From Polyangiales bacterium (GTDB lineage: Bacteria > Myxococcota_A > Polyangia > Polyangiales > Polyangiaceae), in assembly GCA_038231275.1 (NCBI GenBank), contig JBBRLQ010000005.1:32001-96000 (forward strand): DNA of 64,000 nt, written 5' to 3'. The notes beneath the pieces are model-generated. The model searched no databases. It was not told where the DNA came from and saw only the letters and a program-made list of their open reading frames with translations. Position numbers and translations under genes: made by a program. This document shows positions 30,156 to 38,713 of the stretch, one piece after another (position 1 is the stretch's first letter; every line of letters begins with the position of its first letter).

Positions 30156-31705
30156 CAGTGCACCATCCCTGTAGCGGGAGGGTTGGTGATCCCGGGGATG
30201 AGCCCCTTCAGGTAGCCGAGCCCGACGTCGGCGATTCCGCCTCCGTTGCCGGTGGCGATGATGTTGCCGTCTGGCGAGACGTTGTTGGCCAGATCTCCGA
30301 AGAGCTTCTTGGCGATCACGCTGCCGACCTTTCCGCCGAATTTGGTCGCGAGGTCCTTCGTGATCTGACCGATCTTTTGGTACCAGCCGGAGGTGGCGAT
30401 CTTGCCCTTGAGGGGGCCGAGCACGTTGGCGCTCGTGAGCATGCCGCCGAGCCACTGCATGAACATGCCGCTGAGGCTCGGGTAGTGGACGCGTCGCAGG
30501 CGCGCCATCCAGCGCATGCTGTACATCGCGCGCGGGATCGTGGTCATCCCCCAGCTGCCGTTGCAGCCGTCGTCGGTCCACTTCGCGTCGCAGTCGTAAT
30601 AGAACTCGGCCTGGCCGATGTAGAAGCTGCCGTCCGGATCGATCGGCGGCATCGTCATGCCCATCTTGGGGCCGACCGACATCGCGATCTTGCTCTGCGA
30701 CACGTCCTTGTACGTGCCGGGGAAGACCACACCGAAGACCTGGTGCCAGTCGCTGCCGTTGCCGTAGTACGGGCGCTTCGGTCCGTCGCGGCCCCAGAAC
30801 GAGTCGAGGTACTCGTTGCAGGAGCCCATCGTGACGGCGCCTGCGAGGATGCTGTTGATCGTGGTGCTGACGCCGGGCAAATCGAAGACGCCACCGATGA
30901 TCGGGATCTTCTTCAGCCAGCTCTCGACCCAGCTCGCGGCGAAATCGACCGAGTACATGCAGAGCTTGTTCATCGTCTCGTTGGTGACGGGGAGGCCGAT
31001 GCGCGCGTCGATGCCATTGAGCTTGAAGCTGCCGCCGCCGGCGTTCGCGGGGGGCGTGGGGCTGATGCTGCCGAAGCCGTAGCTGCCGTTGGTGAGGCCG
31101 CCGGTGAGCGCGAACGACGGGATCATCGACATACTGAGCGAGATGCCGGACTCGCCGTAGTCGCTCGCCACCATCGCGCCGGCGGCGAGACCGCCGTAGG
31201 GCGCCGCCATGGCGTCGAGTGTTTGTGTCCAGCTGAGACCGATGAGGACCGGCTCCATCCCGTCCTTGTAGGCGGTGTCCCACTCGTGCCACGTCGCGTA
31301 CATGTCGCCCGAGGCGGTCGCGATGGGGCACGCGATGATCGCGAGCGGATCGAGCAGCAGGCCGCTGGCGCAGACTGCGTCGGAGGCGAGGTTGATCGCG
31401 AGGAGCGCCTTGTCGATGAGATCGATGACGACCCAGATCGCCGCGATGGCGAGCATGACGAGGTTCAGCGCCGCCATGAAATTCATGCCGCGCGCGTGCA
31501 CGGTCGCCGACGAGAACGCCGTGTGATCGGCGGCCTCTTGCACCTTGTCGCGGTAGACGAGCGCGTCGCCGAGCCCGACGACCGACCAAAGCGCGCCGAT
31601 GAGGAAGCACGCCATGAAGATGCCGATCAGCATCACCGCGCCGCGCTGGTCGTCCTTCATCCTCGGCGTCTCGTTCGGACGCGGTGCAGGGGTGAACCAG
31701 CTCAT
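30155..31705 (-). CDS. TadG-like large pilus tip protein
   Basis: DQRG|AVMLIGIF, TM segment, KVQEAAD..AFSSA...ARGMN (Tad N-terminal domain). Confidence 0.8.
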   Translation of the reverse strand: MSWFTPAPRPNETPRMKDDQRGAVMLIGIFMACFLIGALWSVVGLGDALVYRDKVQEAADHTAFSSATVHARGMNFMAALNLVMLAIAAIWVVIDLIDKALLAINLASDAVCASGLLLDPLAIIACPIATASGDMYATWHEWDTAYKDGMEPVLIGLSWTQTLDAMAAPYGGLAAGAMVASDYGESGISLSMSMIPSFALTGGLTNGSYGFGSISPTPPANAGGGSFKLNGIDARIGLPVTNETMNKLCMYSVDFAASWVESWLKKIPIIGGVFDLPGVSTTINSILAGAVTMGSCNEYLDSFWGRDGPKRPYYGNGSDWHQVFGVVFPGTYKDVSQSKIAMSVGPKMGMTMPPIDPDGSFYIGQAEFYYDCDAKWTDDGCNGSWGMTTIPRAMYSMRWMARLRRVHYPSLSGMFMQWLGGMLTSANVLGPLKGKIATSGWYQKIGQITKDLATKFGGKVGSVIAKKLFGDLANNVSPDGNIIATGNGGGIADVGLGYLKGLIPGITNPPATGMVH

Positions 31706-32172
31706 GGCAGGTACCTCGCGCCCTGGTTGGGCAGGCTCATTCGCTCGGAGACGACCTTCACCGGCCCGCCGCAGACCCACCACTTGCCCATCGGCACGTT
31801 GCAGATGTACGTCGCGGTCACGGTGCACGTGACGAGGCCGTAGGGGTCGTCGTTCGACGCTTGCGACGTGCACTGCGTGTCGGGCGCGACGAGCTTGCCG
31901 TCGATCAGGTACGTGCCCATCGCCATGCCGGCGGCGATCTTCACGTCGTCCATCGTGCCGTTGTCGCCGGGGTTCGGCGGCATGACGACGATCGCGGCGC
32001 GCGTCGCGGCGACGGCGGCGTGCTTCAGGACGAGCTTCGCGTTCGCCAGCGCGGCGACCTGCGTGAAGCAGAAGAACATCATGAGGAGCGGCACCGCGGC
32101 GATGACGAACTCCACGAGGACGGCGCCTCGCTCGTCTCGCGTGCTGCATGTGCCGCGCCGCGTCGACGTCAC
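31702..32172 (-). CDS. TadE-like pseudopilin
   Basis: GTG 32172; DERG|AVLVEFVIA; HAAVAATRAA. Confidence 0.85.
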   Translation of the reverse strand: MTSTRRGTCSTRDERGAVLVEFVIAAVPLLMMFFCFTQVAALANAKLVLKHAAVAATRAAIVVMPPNPGDNGTMDDVKIAAGMAMGTYLIDGKLVAPDTQCTSQASNDDPYGLVTCTVTATYICNVPMGKWWVCGGPVKVVSERMSLPNQGARYLP

Positions 32173-32714
32173 CGCGCCCTCCAATGCATGAGCGCGGCCA
32201 GAGCGGTGCCCACGAAGATGGCGGGTCCGAGACGGAACCACGACATCATCTCCTGGTCGACGGTGCGGCGCTTTTCTTTGGGCATGAAGGGGTTGATCGC
32301 GAGGGCCAGCGTGTTCTTGAGGGTCTTGAGGAGCTTTCCTTCGTAGGCGAGGCGCGCGGGAGCGAGGAGAGCGGCGGCGACGAATCCGTAGGTCTGGGCT
32401 TCGAGCCCCATCATCGGCTGGAGCAGGGCGCCGAGCGCCGCGAACAGCTTCACGTCCCCGAACCCGATCGCGCTCTGCCGGTAGAGGAGGAGCGGGATCG
32501 CCGCGCACCCGATGGCGCCGGCGAGCGACCATCCGGCTTCGCTCACGGCAACGTCGGTCCCCGCGTGGGTGACGACGCCGCGGAGCAAGTACGCGACGGG
32601 AGCGCCGAGAAGGACAGGAAGCGTGAGCTTGTCGGGGATGATCCCGGTGCGCCAGTCACTTACGGCGGCGATCCCGGCGACGACGACCGCAGCAACGAGG
32701 AAGGGCAGCATCAC
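32169..32714 (-). CDS. cpaA: Prepilin peptidase CpaA/TadV (A24)
   Basis: SDWRTGIIPD and IGFGDVKL aspartate motifs; RLGPAIF. Confidence 0.9.
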   Translation of the reverse strand: MMLPFLVAAVVVAGIAAVSDWRTGIIPDKLTLPVLLGAPVAYLLRGVVTHAGTDVAVSEAGWSLAGAIGCAAIPLLLYRQSAIGFGDVKLFAALGALLQPMMGLEAQTYGFVAAALLAPARLAYEGKLLKTLKNTLALAINPFMPKEKRRTVDQEMMSWFRLGPAIFVGTALAALMHWRAR

Positions 32715-32831
32715 GCTTTCAGGAGAGCACGGTGGGAACGACGCCCACGCGCGCGGGGCACACGCCTCCCGTCCGCACCGAGAGCCTGCGCGTGGACGAA
32801 CGAGTGGCGTGCGAGAGTCGACGCAGCAGTG

Positions 32832-33002
32832 TTAGAGCTGGCCGCCGGCGCTGGTCGCCGCTGCGCCGACCTTGGGACCGAGCGCCTTGTATGCGCCGGC
32901 CGCGAGGAGGAGGATCGCGACGAGAAGGAGAGCGTACTCGACCATGCTGGCGCCACGAGCGCGCGAGCGGAGACGAGCAGGGGTGGGTCGAGCCATCTTC
33001 AT
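32832..33002 (-). CDS. flp: Flp major pilin
   Basis: RARG|ASMVEYALLL; AAGGAG RBS; short mature pilin. Confidence 0.9.
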   Translation of the reverse strand: MKMARPTPARLRSRARGASMVEYALLLVAILLLAAGAYKALGPKVGAAATSAGGQL

Positions 33003-33060
33003 GTTGTCGTGTTCTCCTTGGGTTTCGAGAGGCAAAGGATTCGGTAGCTTGTGTGATTCG

Positions 33061-33279
33061 CTACGGCGTGTTCTGGAGCATCATCGCGCGCTCGCGCTGG
33101 TAGTTCGCGTACATCTGCACGCCGCCGACGCCGATGCCGATCATCGTCGGGATCGCAACCGCCACGAGGAGTAGCGCGTACTCCACGAGCACGGCCCCGC
33201 GAGCGCTCGCGAGCGCGACACGTCGCGAGCGGCGATTGCGAGGTTTGGCGCTGGTGGGCGCGTTGGCAGGTTTGTTCAT
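33061..33279 (-). CDS. Second Flp-type pilin
   Basis: SARG|AVLVEYALLL Flp motif. Confidence 0.82.
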   Translation of the reverse strand: MNKPANAPTSAKPRNRRSRRVALASARGAVLVEYALLLVAVAIPTMIGIGVGGVQMYANYQRERAMMLQNTP

Positions 33280-33363
33280 GATCGAGATTGGCCGAGATTC
33301 CAACGGATCAGAGTAGCGAATTCCGTTCGGGCTGCATCCGTATGATGCGTGTGGAACAATCAC

Positions 33364-33380
33364 TACATGCTTCGTGCCAG
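33364..33380 (-). promoter_or_regulatory. Possible sigma-54 promoter upstream of the Tad locus
   Basis: Minus strand CTGGCACG-AAGC-ATGTA versus consensus YTGGCACG-N4-TTGCW: perfect -24 element, imperfect -12. Confidence 0.35.
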
Positions 33381-33592
33381 GGAGGTTCGGCTCGCCTCGC
33401 GCGTATTGGGCGGCTGAATCCGAGCACCTACCGAACGAATGCGCACACTATCCGACATTGTCTTCCGGATCGCCTACGCCCCAGCGGCTCCATACCGATC
33501 CACAAATGGGGACCGCCCCCCCAGGCCCCGCGCGGGCGAACAAACGCCGTCACTTAGGAGCGTTTCGCTCCGCTGCGCTTCGCTCCACTCCT

Positions 33593-34261
33593 TCAGAGGT
33601 GCGTGGGCTTTTTCGGACCGGCGACGTACTTCACGGGATCTTTGTCGCGCGTGAAGCGCTGATCGAAGAGGAACACCTCGTCTTGCGCGCGCACGACGAA
33701 GGGCGCGGTGGGGTTCTGCGGGCGGAGCTTCTCGTTGCCGCGCTCGCCTGTCGCGAGCATGAGCTCGAACGAATCACCGGGCTTGGCGGGCAAGAAGAAG
33801 TGCGCGGCGCCCGATGCGTCGGTGCGCGCGACCTCCTTGTTCAAGTACATCACCGGGAGGTTCGCGCCGTTCTCCGCGCGGATCGCGACGACGACCGCGC
33901 GCTGGTTCGGCGGGCAAACGGCGTCGTATTGCGGTAGGCGCGAGGGATCGGAGATCCGGCGGAGCGACGCGGGGACCGGCTTCGTCGGGCTGCTGAAGCC
34001 GTCGGGGCAACGCACCCAGAGGTCGAACGTGTCGCCCTCGTTTCCCACGAACGAGAGGCGCGCGCGCCCATCGGCCTGCGTCGTCCCGCGCTCGCGGCCG
34101 TTGACGACGAGCACCGCGCCGGCGAGCGGTCGCCCCGGATCGCTCTCGACGTGCGCGAGGATCTCGAAGGGAGGCTGCGTCTTCTTGTCGAGGCTCTGAC
34201 ACCCGAAAACGCCGGAAGCGAGCGCGATCGAAGCGACGGCGATGGCGAACGGTCCTTTCAT
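33593..34261 (-). CDS. Lipoprotein with two Ig/transthyretin-like beta-sandwich repeats
   Basis: Lipobox VFGC; two similar segments (NGRERGTTQADGRA and NKEVARTDASGAA). Confidence 0.7.
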   Translation of the reverse strand: MKGPFAIAVASIALASGVFGCQSLDKKTQPPFEILAHVESDPGRPLAGAVLVVNGRERGTTQADGRARLSFVGNEGDTFDLWVRCPDGFSSPTKPVPASLRRISDPSRLPQYDAVCPPNQRAVVVAIRAENGANLPVMYLNKEVARTDASGAAHFFLPAKPGDSFELMLATGERGNEKLRPQNPTAPFVVRAQDEVFLFDQRFTRDKDPVKYVAGPKKPTHL

Positions 34262-34318
34262 CCTCCTCGAAAGCTATGGGCAAGCGGCGCCGTGTCAAGG
34301 CGGCCCACGACGGTCGCG

Positions 34319-35722
34319 TCAGCGGACGTGCTTCTTCGCCATGTTGAGCGCTTCGTCGACCATGAGCTGCTGCTCGCCCGCGTCCTCCCAGCGACGCTGA
34401 ATGACCGTCGAGAGCTGGTGGAGCGGATCGAAGTAGAGGAAGAACTGCCCCGGCTTCACGCTCGGCGCCGTGTAGACGCTGATGCCCGTCTCGCGGTTGT
34501 AATACTCGTACGAGTGCGCGTCGCGCTTGCCGCCGCCGCCTGGCGCGTCGACGACGAACGTGGGCGTGTTGAAGCCGGCGGTGCTGCCGCGTACGTGTTT
34601 TTCCAGGTAAATCGCGGTGTCGACGGTGGTGCGGAGATCCTCGACGCCCTTCACGAGATCGTGCACGTAGACGTAGTACGGGTGCACGTTGACGTGGCCG
34701 AGGCGCTTCACGAGGAGCGTCATCACCTCCGGCGTGTCGTTCACGCCGCGCTGGAGCACGCTCTGGTTTCGCACGGTGATGCCGCGCTCCATGAGCTTGT
34801 CGAGGCCGCGCTCGGTGTGGCTCGTGATCTCATTGGGGTGGTTGAAGTGCGTGTGGAGGACGACCTCCTTGTGCATCTTGCGCCCCTTCTCGACGATGCC
34901 GGTGAGCGCGTCGACCCACGGATCGTCGGTGAGGAGCTTCTGCGGCATGACCGCGGGCCCCTTGCTGGCGAAGCGCATGCGGCGGACGTTCGGCATGGCC
35001 AGCAGCGCCTCGCCGATCTCGGTCAAGTGGCTCGCGCGGAGCTGGTACGCGTCGCCGCCGGAGATGACGATGTCGGCGAGCTCGGGGCGCGAGGCGATGT
35101 AGTTGAACGCGCGCTTCCACCGGTCGTCGTTGGGTCGGAGGTGGACCTTCTCGACCTCCTCGGTGTCGAGCCCGATCGCGTAGCTGCGCGTGCAGAAGCG
35201 GCAGTAGACGGGGCACGTGTCGAGCGGCAGAAAGAGCGCCTTGTCGGGGTAGCGGTGGGTGAGGCCCGGCACCGGCGCGTCCTCTTGCTCGTGAAGCGAG
35301 TCGAGGTTCAGCTTCGGGTGATCGCCGAGGAGGCGCGACGCGAGCGGGAAGAACTGGATGCGCAGCGGATCGGTGTACGGGTTCTCCCAATCGATGAGCG
35401 AGCAGAGGTACGGGCTCACGCGAACGCTCATCGGCGATTTCTTGATGCCGAGCTCGGTGTCTTTGATGAAATCGGCGGGGACGAGATCCTTCACCGTCGC
35501 AAGCAGCTTCTCGATCTTCGTGATCGAGTTCTTCGCCTGCCAGTTGTGATCGAGGAACTGCTCTTCGCTCACGTCCTTGTACGCGGGGATCTTCTTCCAC
35601 CACTCGCCGGAACGCAGGTCCTTGTAGGCGAGCGTGGCCGGATCGGCCGGCGGCTTCTTCGCGACGATCGGCTCGTCCTGGATGACCCGGAGGGTGGTGG
35701 GCGGCGTCTGCTGGACGGTCAT
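34319..35722 (-). CDS. KamA-family radical SAM/PLP aminomutase (lysine 2,3-aminomutase-like)
   Basis: THRYPDK, CPVYCRFCTR, ISGGD, HFNHPNEIT, NQSVL, PYYVY.HD, VDAPGGGGK. Confidence 0.92.
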   Translation of the reverse strand: MTVQQTPPTTLRVIQDEPIVAKKPPADPATLAYKDLRSGEWWKKIPAYKDVSEEQFLDHNWQAKNSITKIEKLLATVKDLVPADFIKDTELGIKKSPMSVRVSPYLCSLIDWENPYTDPLRIQFFPLASRLLGDHPKLNLDSLHEQEDAPVPGLTHRYPDKALFLPLDTCPVYCRFCTRSYAIGLDTEEVEKVHLRPNDDRWKRAFNYIASRPELADIVISGGDAYQLRASHLTEIGEALLAMPNVRRMRFASKGPAVMPQKLLTDDPWVDALTGIVEKGRKMHKEVVLHTHFNHPNEITSHTERGLDKLMERGITVRNQSVLQRGVNDTPEVMTLLVKRLGHVNVHPYYVYVHDLVKGVEDLRTTVDTAIYLEKHVRGSTAGFNTPTFVVDAPGGGGKRDAHSYEYYNRETGISVYTAPSVKPGQFFLYFDPLHQLSTVIQRRWEDAGEQQLMVDEALNMAKKHVR

Positions 35723-35786
35723 GATTTCTGCCTTTTCCCACGGCGTCGCGGGCAGCGCAATCGTAGCGCTTCTGGCCGACTCTCGC

Positions 35787-36818
35787 TTAGGTCGCATAAC
35801 GCGCCGCGGCGCGACGGAGAGCGGCCGCGACGGAAGCGGCGAGGGTGTCGGGCTCGATGACGCGGGCCTGATCGCCGAATCCGAGCACCCAGCGGGTGAG
35901 CTCGGTCGTGTCGGGCAGGGACAAGGAGAGGCGGACGCGGCCGTCTGGGGCGACGGCAACCTTCTGAGACGGGTGGAGCTTCGTGCGCTGCACCTCATGC
36001 GCGGCCTTCGCGTCGAACTCGACCACGACGCGCGTGCGAGGGCCCGGCCGAGCGACGCCGAACGCACCTTGCAGGAATGGCGTGACGTCGAAATCGGCGG
36101 GGAGGGGGAATCGCTCCTCTTCGTGAGCCGTCACTTCGGTCATCCGCTCGAACGCGAAGCTCCGCACCTCGGCGGCGCCGAGCTCCCAGCCGACCAGGAC
36201 GATTGCTCCTTTGTGAAGCACCATCGCGTACGGGTGGAGGTGGCGCGACGTGCCCTCGTACGCGAAGCGGACCGCGTAGAGCTCGGCGACCGCCAAGAAG
36301 ATCGCGTCGACCTCGTCGCCACGCTTCGCGATCGCGCGGGGCGGATGGGGCAGGTACACGAAGCGCTCCTCGAGGCGCTGATCGCTCGCGATCTCTCCCT
36401 TCATGACGGCGCGCGCGGGGCGCTGCGCGAGCTGGAGGATCTGGCGGTGGGCGAGATCGAGCTCGTCGAAGATCGCCGACCCGCGGAGGGGCTCGAACGC
36501 GGCGCGCGCGGCGAGGAGGGCGTAGGCCTGCGTTCGGCGGAGGTGAACGGAGCGGCCGCGCTCGGTCGGCTTGATCCGCCAGAGGTGCGCGCCGCCGGGC
36601 TCCTTCGAGAGCGACTCGAGCTCGGTGATCTTCGCGAGCTCGTCGAGGTACCGGCGCACCGAGCGCGTCGTGACGTGCAGCATTGCCGCGAGATCGGCGA
36701 GCTCCACGCCGCCGGGGTGCGCCTCGAGCGCGGTCTGGAGCTTCGAGAGGCGCCTGTGCTGCGTGAAGCTCCCGAGGGGTCGGCCGAGCCGCTTCTTCGC
36801 GCGGGGGGAGGGTCTCAC
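35787..36818 (-). CDS. HTH-WYL-WCX transcriptional regulator
   Basis: HTH LAAMLHVTTRSVRRYLDEL; LHPYAM, VRSFAFERM, WVLGFGDQARVIEP. Confidence 0.88.
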   Translation of the reverse strand: MRPSPRAKKRLGRPLGSFTQHRRLSKLQTALEAHPGGVELADLAAMLHVTTRSVRRYLDELAKITELESLSKEPGGAHLWRIKPTERGRSVHLRRTQAYALLAARAAFEPLRGSAIFDELDLAHRQILQLAQRPARAVMKGEIASDQRLEERFVYLPHPPRAIAKRGDEVDAIFLAVAELYAVRFAYEGTSRHLHPYAMVLHKGAIVLVGWELGAAEVRSFAFERMTEVTAHEEERFPLPADFDVTPFLQGAFGVARPGPRTRVVVEFDAKAAHEVQRTKLHPSQKVAVAPDGRVRLSLSLPDTTELTRWVLGFGDQARVIEPDTLAASVAAALRRAAARYAT

Positions 36819-36831
36819 TCGGGTCGCGCCG

Positions 36832-37335
36832 TCAGGGAAGGGGACGCGTGCGGAGCTCGGATTTGTACTTGTTCTTGTACTGCTTGTGGCACTCGGTGCA
36901 CGACGCGCGCGCGGCGTCGAGGTTCCCCGCGCGCGCCGCCGCGGCTCCGTCCTTCGTGATCGAGACCCAGTTCGTGTACCCCGGCGGCGCCATTCCGACG
37001 ATCGCGTCGAGCGCCTTGGCGAGCGCGGGCAGGTCCCCCGCCTGGCTCGCGGCCGACGTGTTGTCCTTCATCCACTTCTGCATCGGGCAGTCGGGAAGGC
37101 CTTTTTTTCCGCACGTGACGCCGCCGTCGCCGCCCCCATCCGCCAGCGGCGCAGGCGCAGGTGCCGAGGCCGACGCCGTTGCCGACGCCGACGCCGACGC
37201 CGTTGCCGACACCGACGCCGACACGGGGACCGACGCCGACACCGACGCCGACACGGAAGGAGCAGGGCTGGAGCCCTCGGATTTGGAGCACGCGAGGAGC
37301 GCCGCGAGCGCGGCGATGGGGATCGAAGCACGCAT
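36832..37335 (-). CDS. Cytochrome c'-like lipoprotein on a Ser/Ala stalk
   Basis: Start MRASIP at 37335; lipobox LLAC; (SA)n linker; helical domain with C-terminal SCTECHKQY. Confidence 0.75.
   Translation of the reverse strand: MRASIPIAALAALLACSKSEGSSPAPSVSASVSASVPVSASVSATASASASATASASAPAPAPLADGGGDGGVTCGKKGLPDCPMQKWMKDNTSAASQAGDLPALAKALDAIVGMAPPGYTNWVSITKDGAAAARAGNLDAARASCTECHKQYKNKYKSELRTRPLP
37165..37255. repeat. Imperfect hexamer tandem repeat (GCCGAC)n encoding the Ser/Ala stalk
   Basis: gccgacgccgttgccgacgccgacgccgacgccgttgccgacaccgacgccgac... Confidence 0.8.
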
Positions 37336-37392
37336 GGGCCCCGAGTCTACGCGGTTCATTGTCGCCGGGTGAAGGAGTACGATCGCGCGACC

Positions 37393-38703
37393 ATGCGGAC
37401 CAACGTCGAGCTCATCGCTTCCAAGCGAGACGGTCAGCGGCTTACCGACGCCGAGATCCGCGGGCTCATCGGCTCGTTCATGGACGGCGGCCTCGCGGAC
37501 TACCAGATGGCGTCGCTCCTGATGGCGATCTTCTTCCGCGGCCTCGACGACGCCGAGACCGTCTCGCTGACCGAGGCGATGCTCCACTCCGGCAAGGTGC
37601 TCGATCTGTCGGCCATCCCCGGAACCAAGGTCGACAAGCACTCCACCGGCGGCGTCGGCGACAAGGTGTCGATCTGCCTCGCGCCGCTCGTGGCCGCGTG
37701 CGGCGTACCGGTGCCGATGGTCAGCGGCCGCGGCCTCGGCCACACCGGCGGGACCCTCGACAAGCTCGAGGCGATCCCTGGATTTCGCACCGACCTGTCG
37801 ACCGATGACTTTGCGCGCCTCGTCGGCTCGGTCGGGACGTGCATGATTGGACAGACGAAGGACGTCGCGCCCGCCGACAAGCGCATCTACGCGCTGCGCG
37901 ACGTCACCGCGACGGTGGAGTGCGTGCCGCTCATCGTCGCATCGATCTTGTCGAAGAAGCTCGCGGAGGGCATCGACGGCCTCGTCCTCGACGTCAAGGT
38001 CGGCCGCGGCGCGTTCATGAAGGATCTGGAGCACGCGACGACCCTCGCGCAGGCGCTCGTCCGCGTGGGGACGCGCGCAGGCAAGAAGGTGGTCGCCGTC
38101 CTCACGTCGATGGAGTCGCCGCTGGGCGAGGCGGTCGGCAACGCGCTCGAGACGCGCGAGGCGATCGAGGTCTTGCACGGCAAGGGGCCCGCCGATCTCG
38201 TCGAGTGCACGATGGTGCTCGGCGCGGAGATGCTGGTCCTCGGCGGCAAGGCGAAGGACGAAGCCTCGGCGCGCGCGCGGCTCGCGGAGGTGATCGCGAA
38301 CGGCTCGGCGCGTCGCACGATGGAGCGGATGATCGCCGCGCAGGGCGGGGATCCGGCCGTCGTCGCCGAGCCTTCGCGCCTTGCCGTCGCCGCGCACGAC
38401 GTGAAGATCGCGGCGCCGAGCGACGGGTTCGTGACGCGGGCCGACGCGCTCGAGATCGGGCTCGCCGCCGTGGCGATGGGGGCCGGCCGCACGCGGGCCG
38501 ATCAAGCGGTCGATCCGGCGGTCGGCATCTCGGTGCACGCCAAGCCGGGCGCGCGCGTGGCGATGGGGGACGCGCTCGCCACGTTGCATGTGCGCCACGC
38601 GGCCGACGCCGCGCCGATCGCGGATCGCGTCGGGGCCGCGTTCGAGGTGGGGCCGGCGGCGCCACCGCCAAGACCGTTGGTCCTTGGCCGCATCGAGGCG
38701 TGA
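37393..38703 (+). CDS. pdp: Thymidine / pyrimidine-nucleoside phosphorylase
   Basis: KRDG, DKHSTGGVGDK, SGRGLGHTGGTLDKLE, PADKRIYALRDVTATV, SILSKKLAEG. Confidence 0.95.
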   Translation: MRTNVELIASKRDGQRLTDAEIRGLIGSFMDGGLADYQMASLLMAIFFRGLDDAETVSLTEAMLHSGKVLDLSAIPGTKVDKHSTGGVGDKVSICLAPLVAACGVPVPMVSGRGLGHTGGTLDKLEAIPGFRTDLSTDDFARLVGSVGTCMIGQTKDVAPADKRIYALRDVTATVECVPLIVASILSKKLAEGIDGLVLDVKVGRGAFMKDLEHATTLAQALVRVGTRAGKKVVAVLTSMESPLGEAVGNALETREAIEVLHGKGPADLVECTMVLGAEMLVLGGKAKDEASARARLAEVIANGSARRTMERMIAAQGGDPAVVAEPSRLAVAAHDVKIAAPSDGFVTRADALEIGLAAVAMGAGRTRADQAVDPAVGISVHAKPGARVAMGDALATLHVRHAADAAPIADRVGAAFEVGPAAPPPRPLVLGRIEA

Positions 38704-38713
38704 CGGGGACACG

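Noticed and set aside
34319-35722. Assignment as epmB
   Set aside because: Longer than typical EpmB and no efp/epmA adjacent; left as KamA family.
35787-36818. WYL gene as marker of an anti-phage defence island
   Set aside because: No recognisable defence, restriction or toxin genes nearby.
37165-37255. CRISPR-like or mobile repeat
   Set aside because: Hexamer coding repeat without spacers; no cas or transposase genes in the window.
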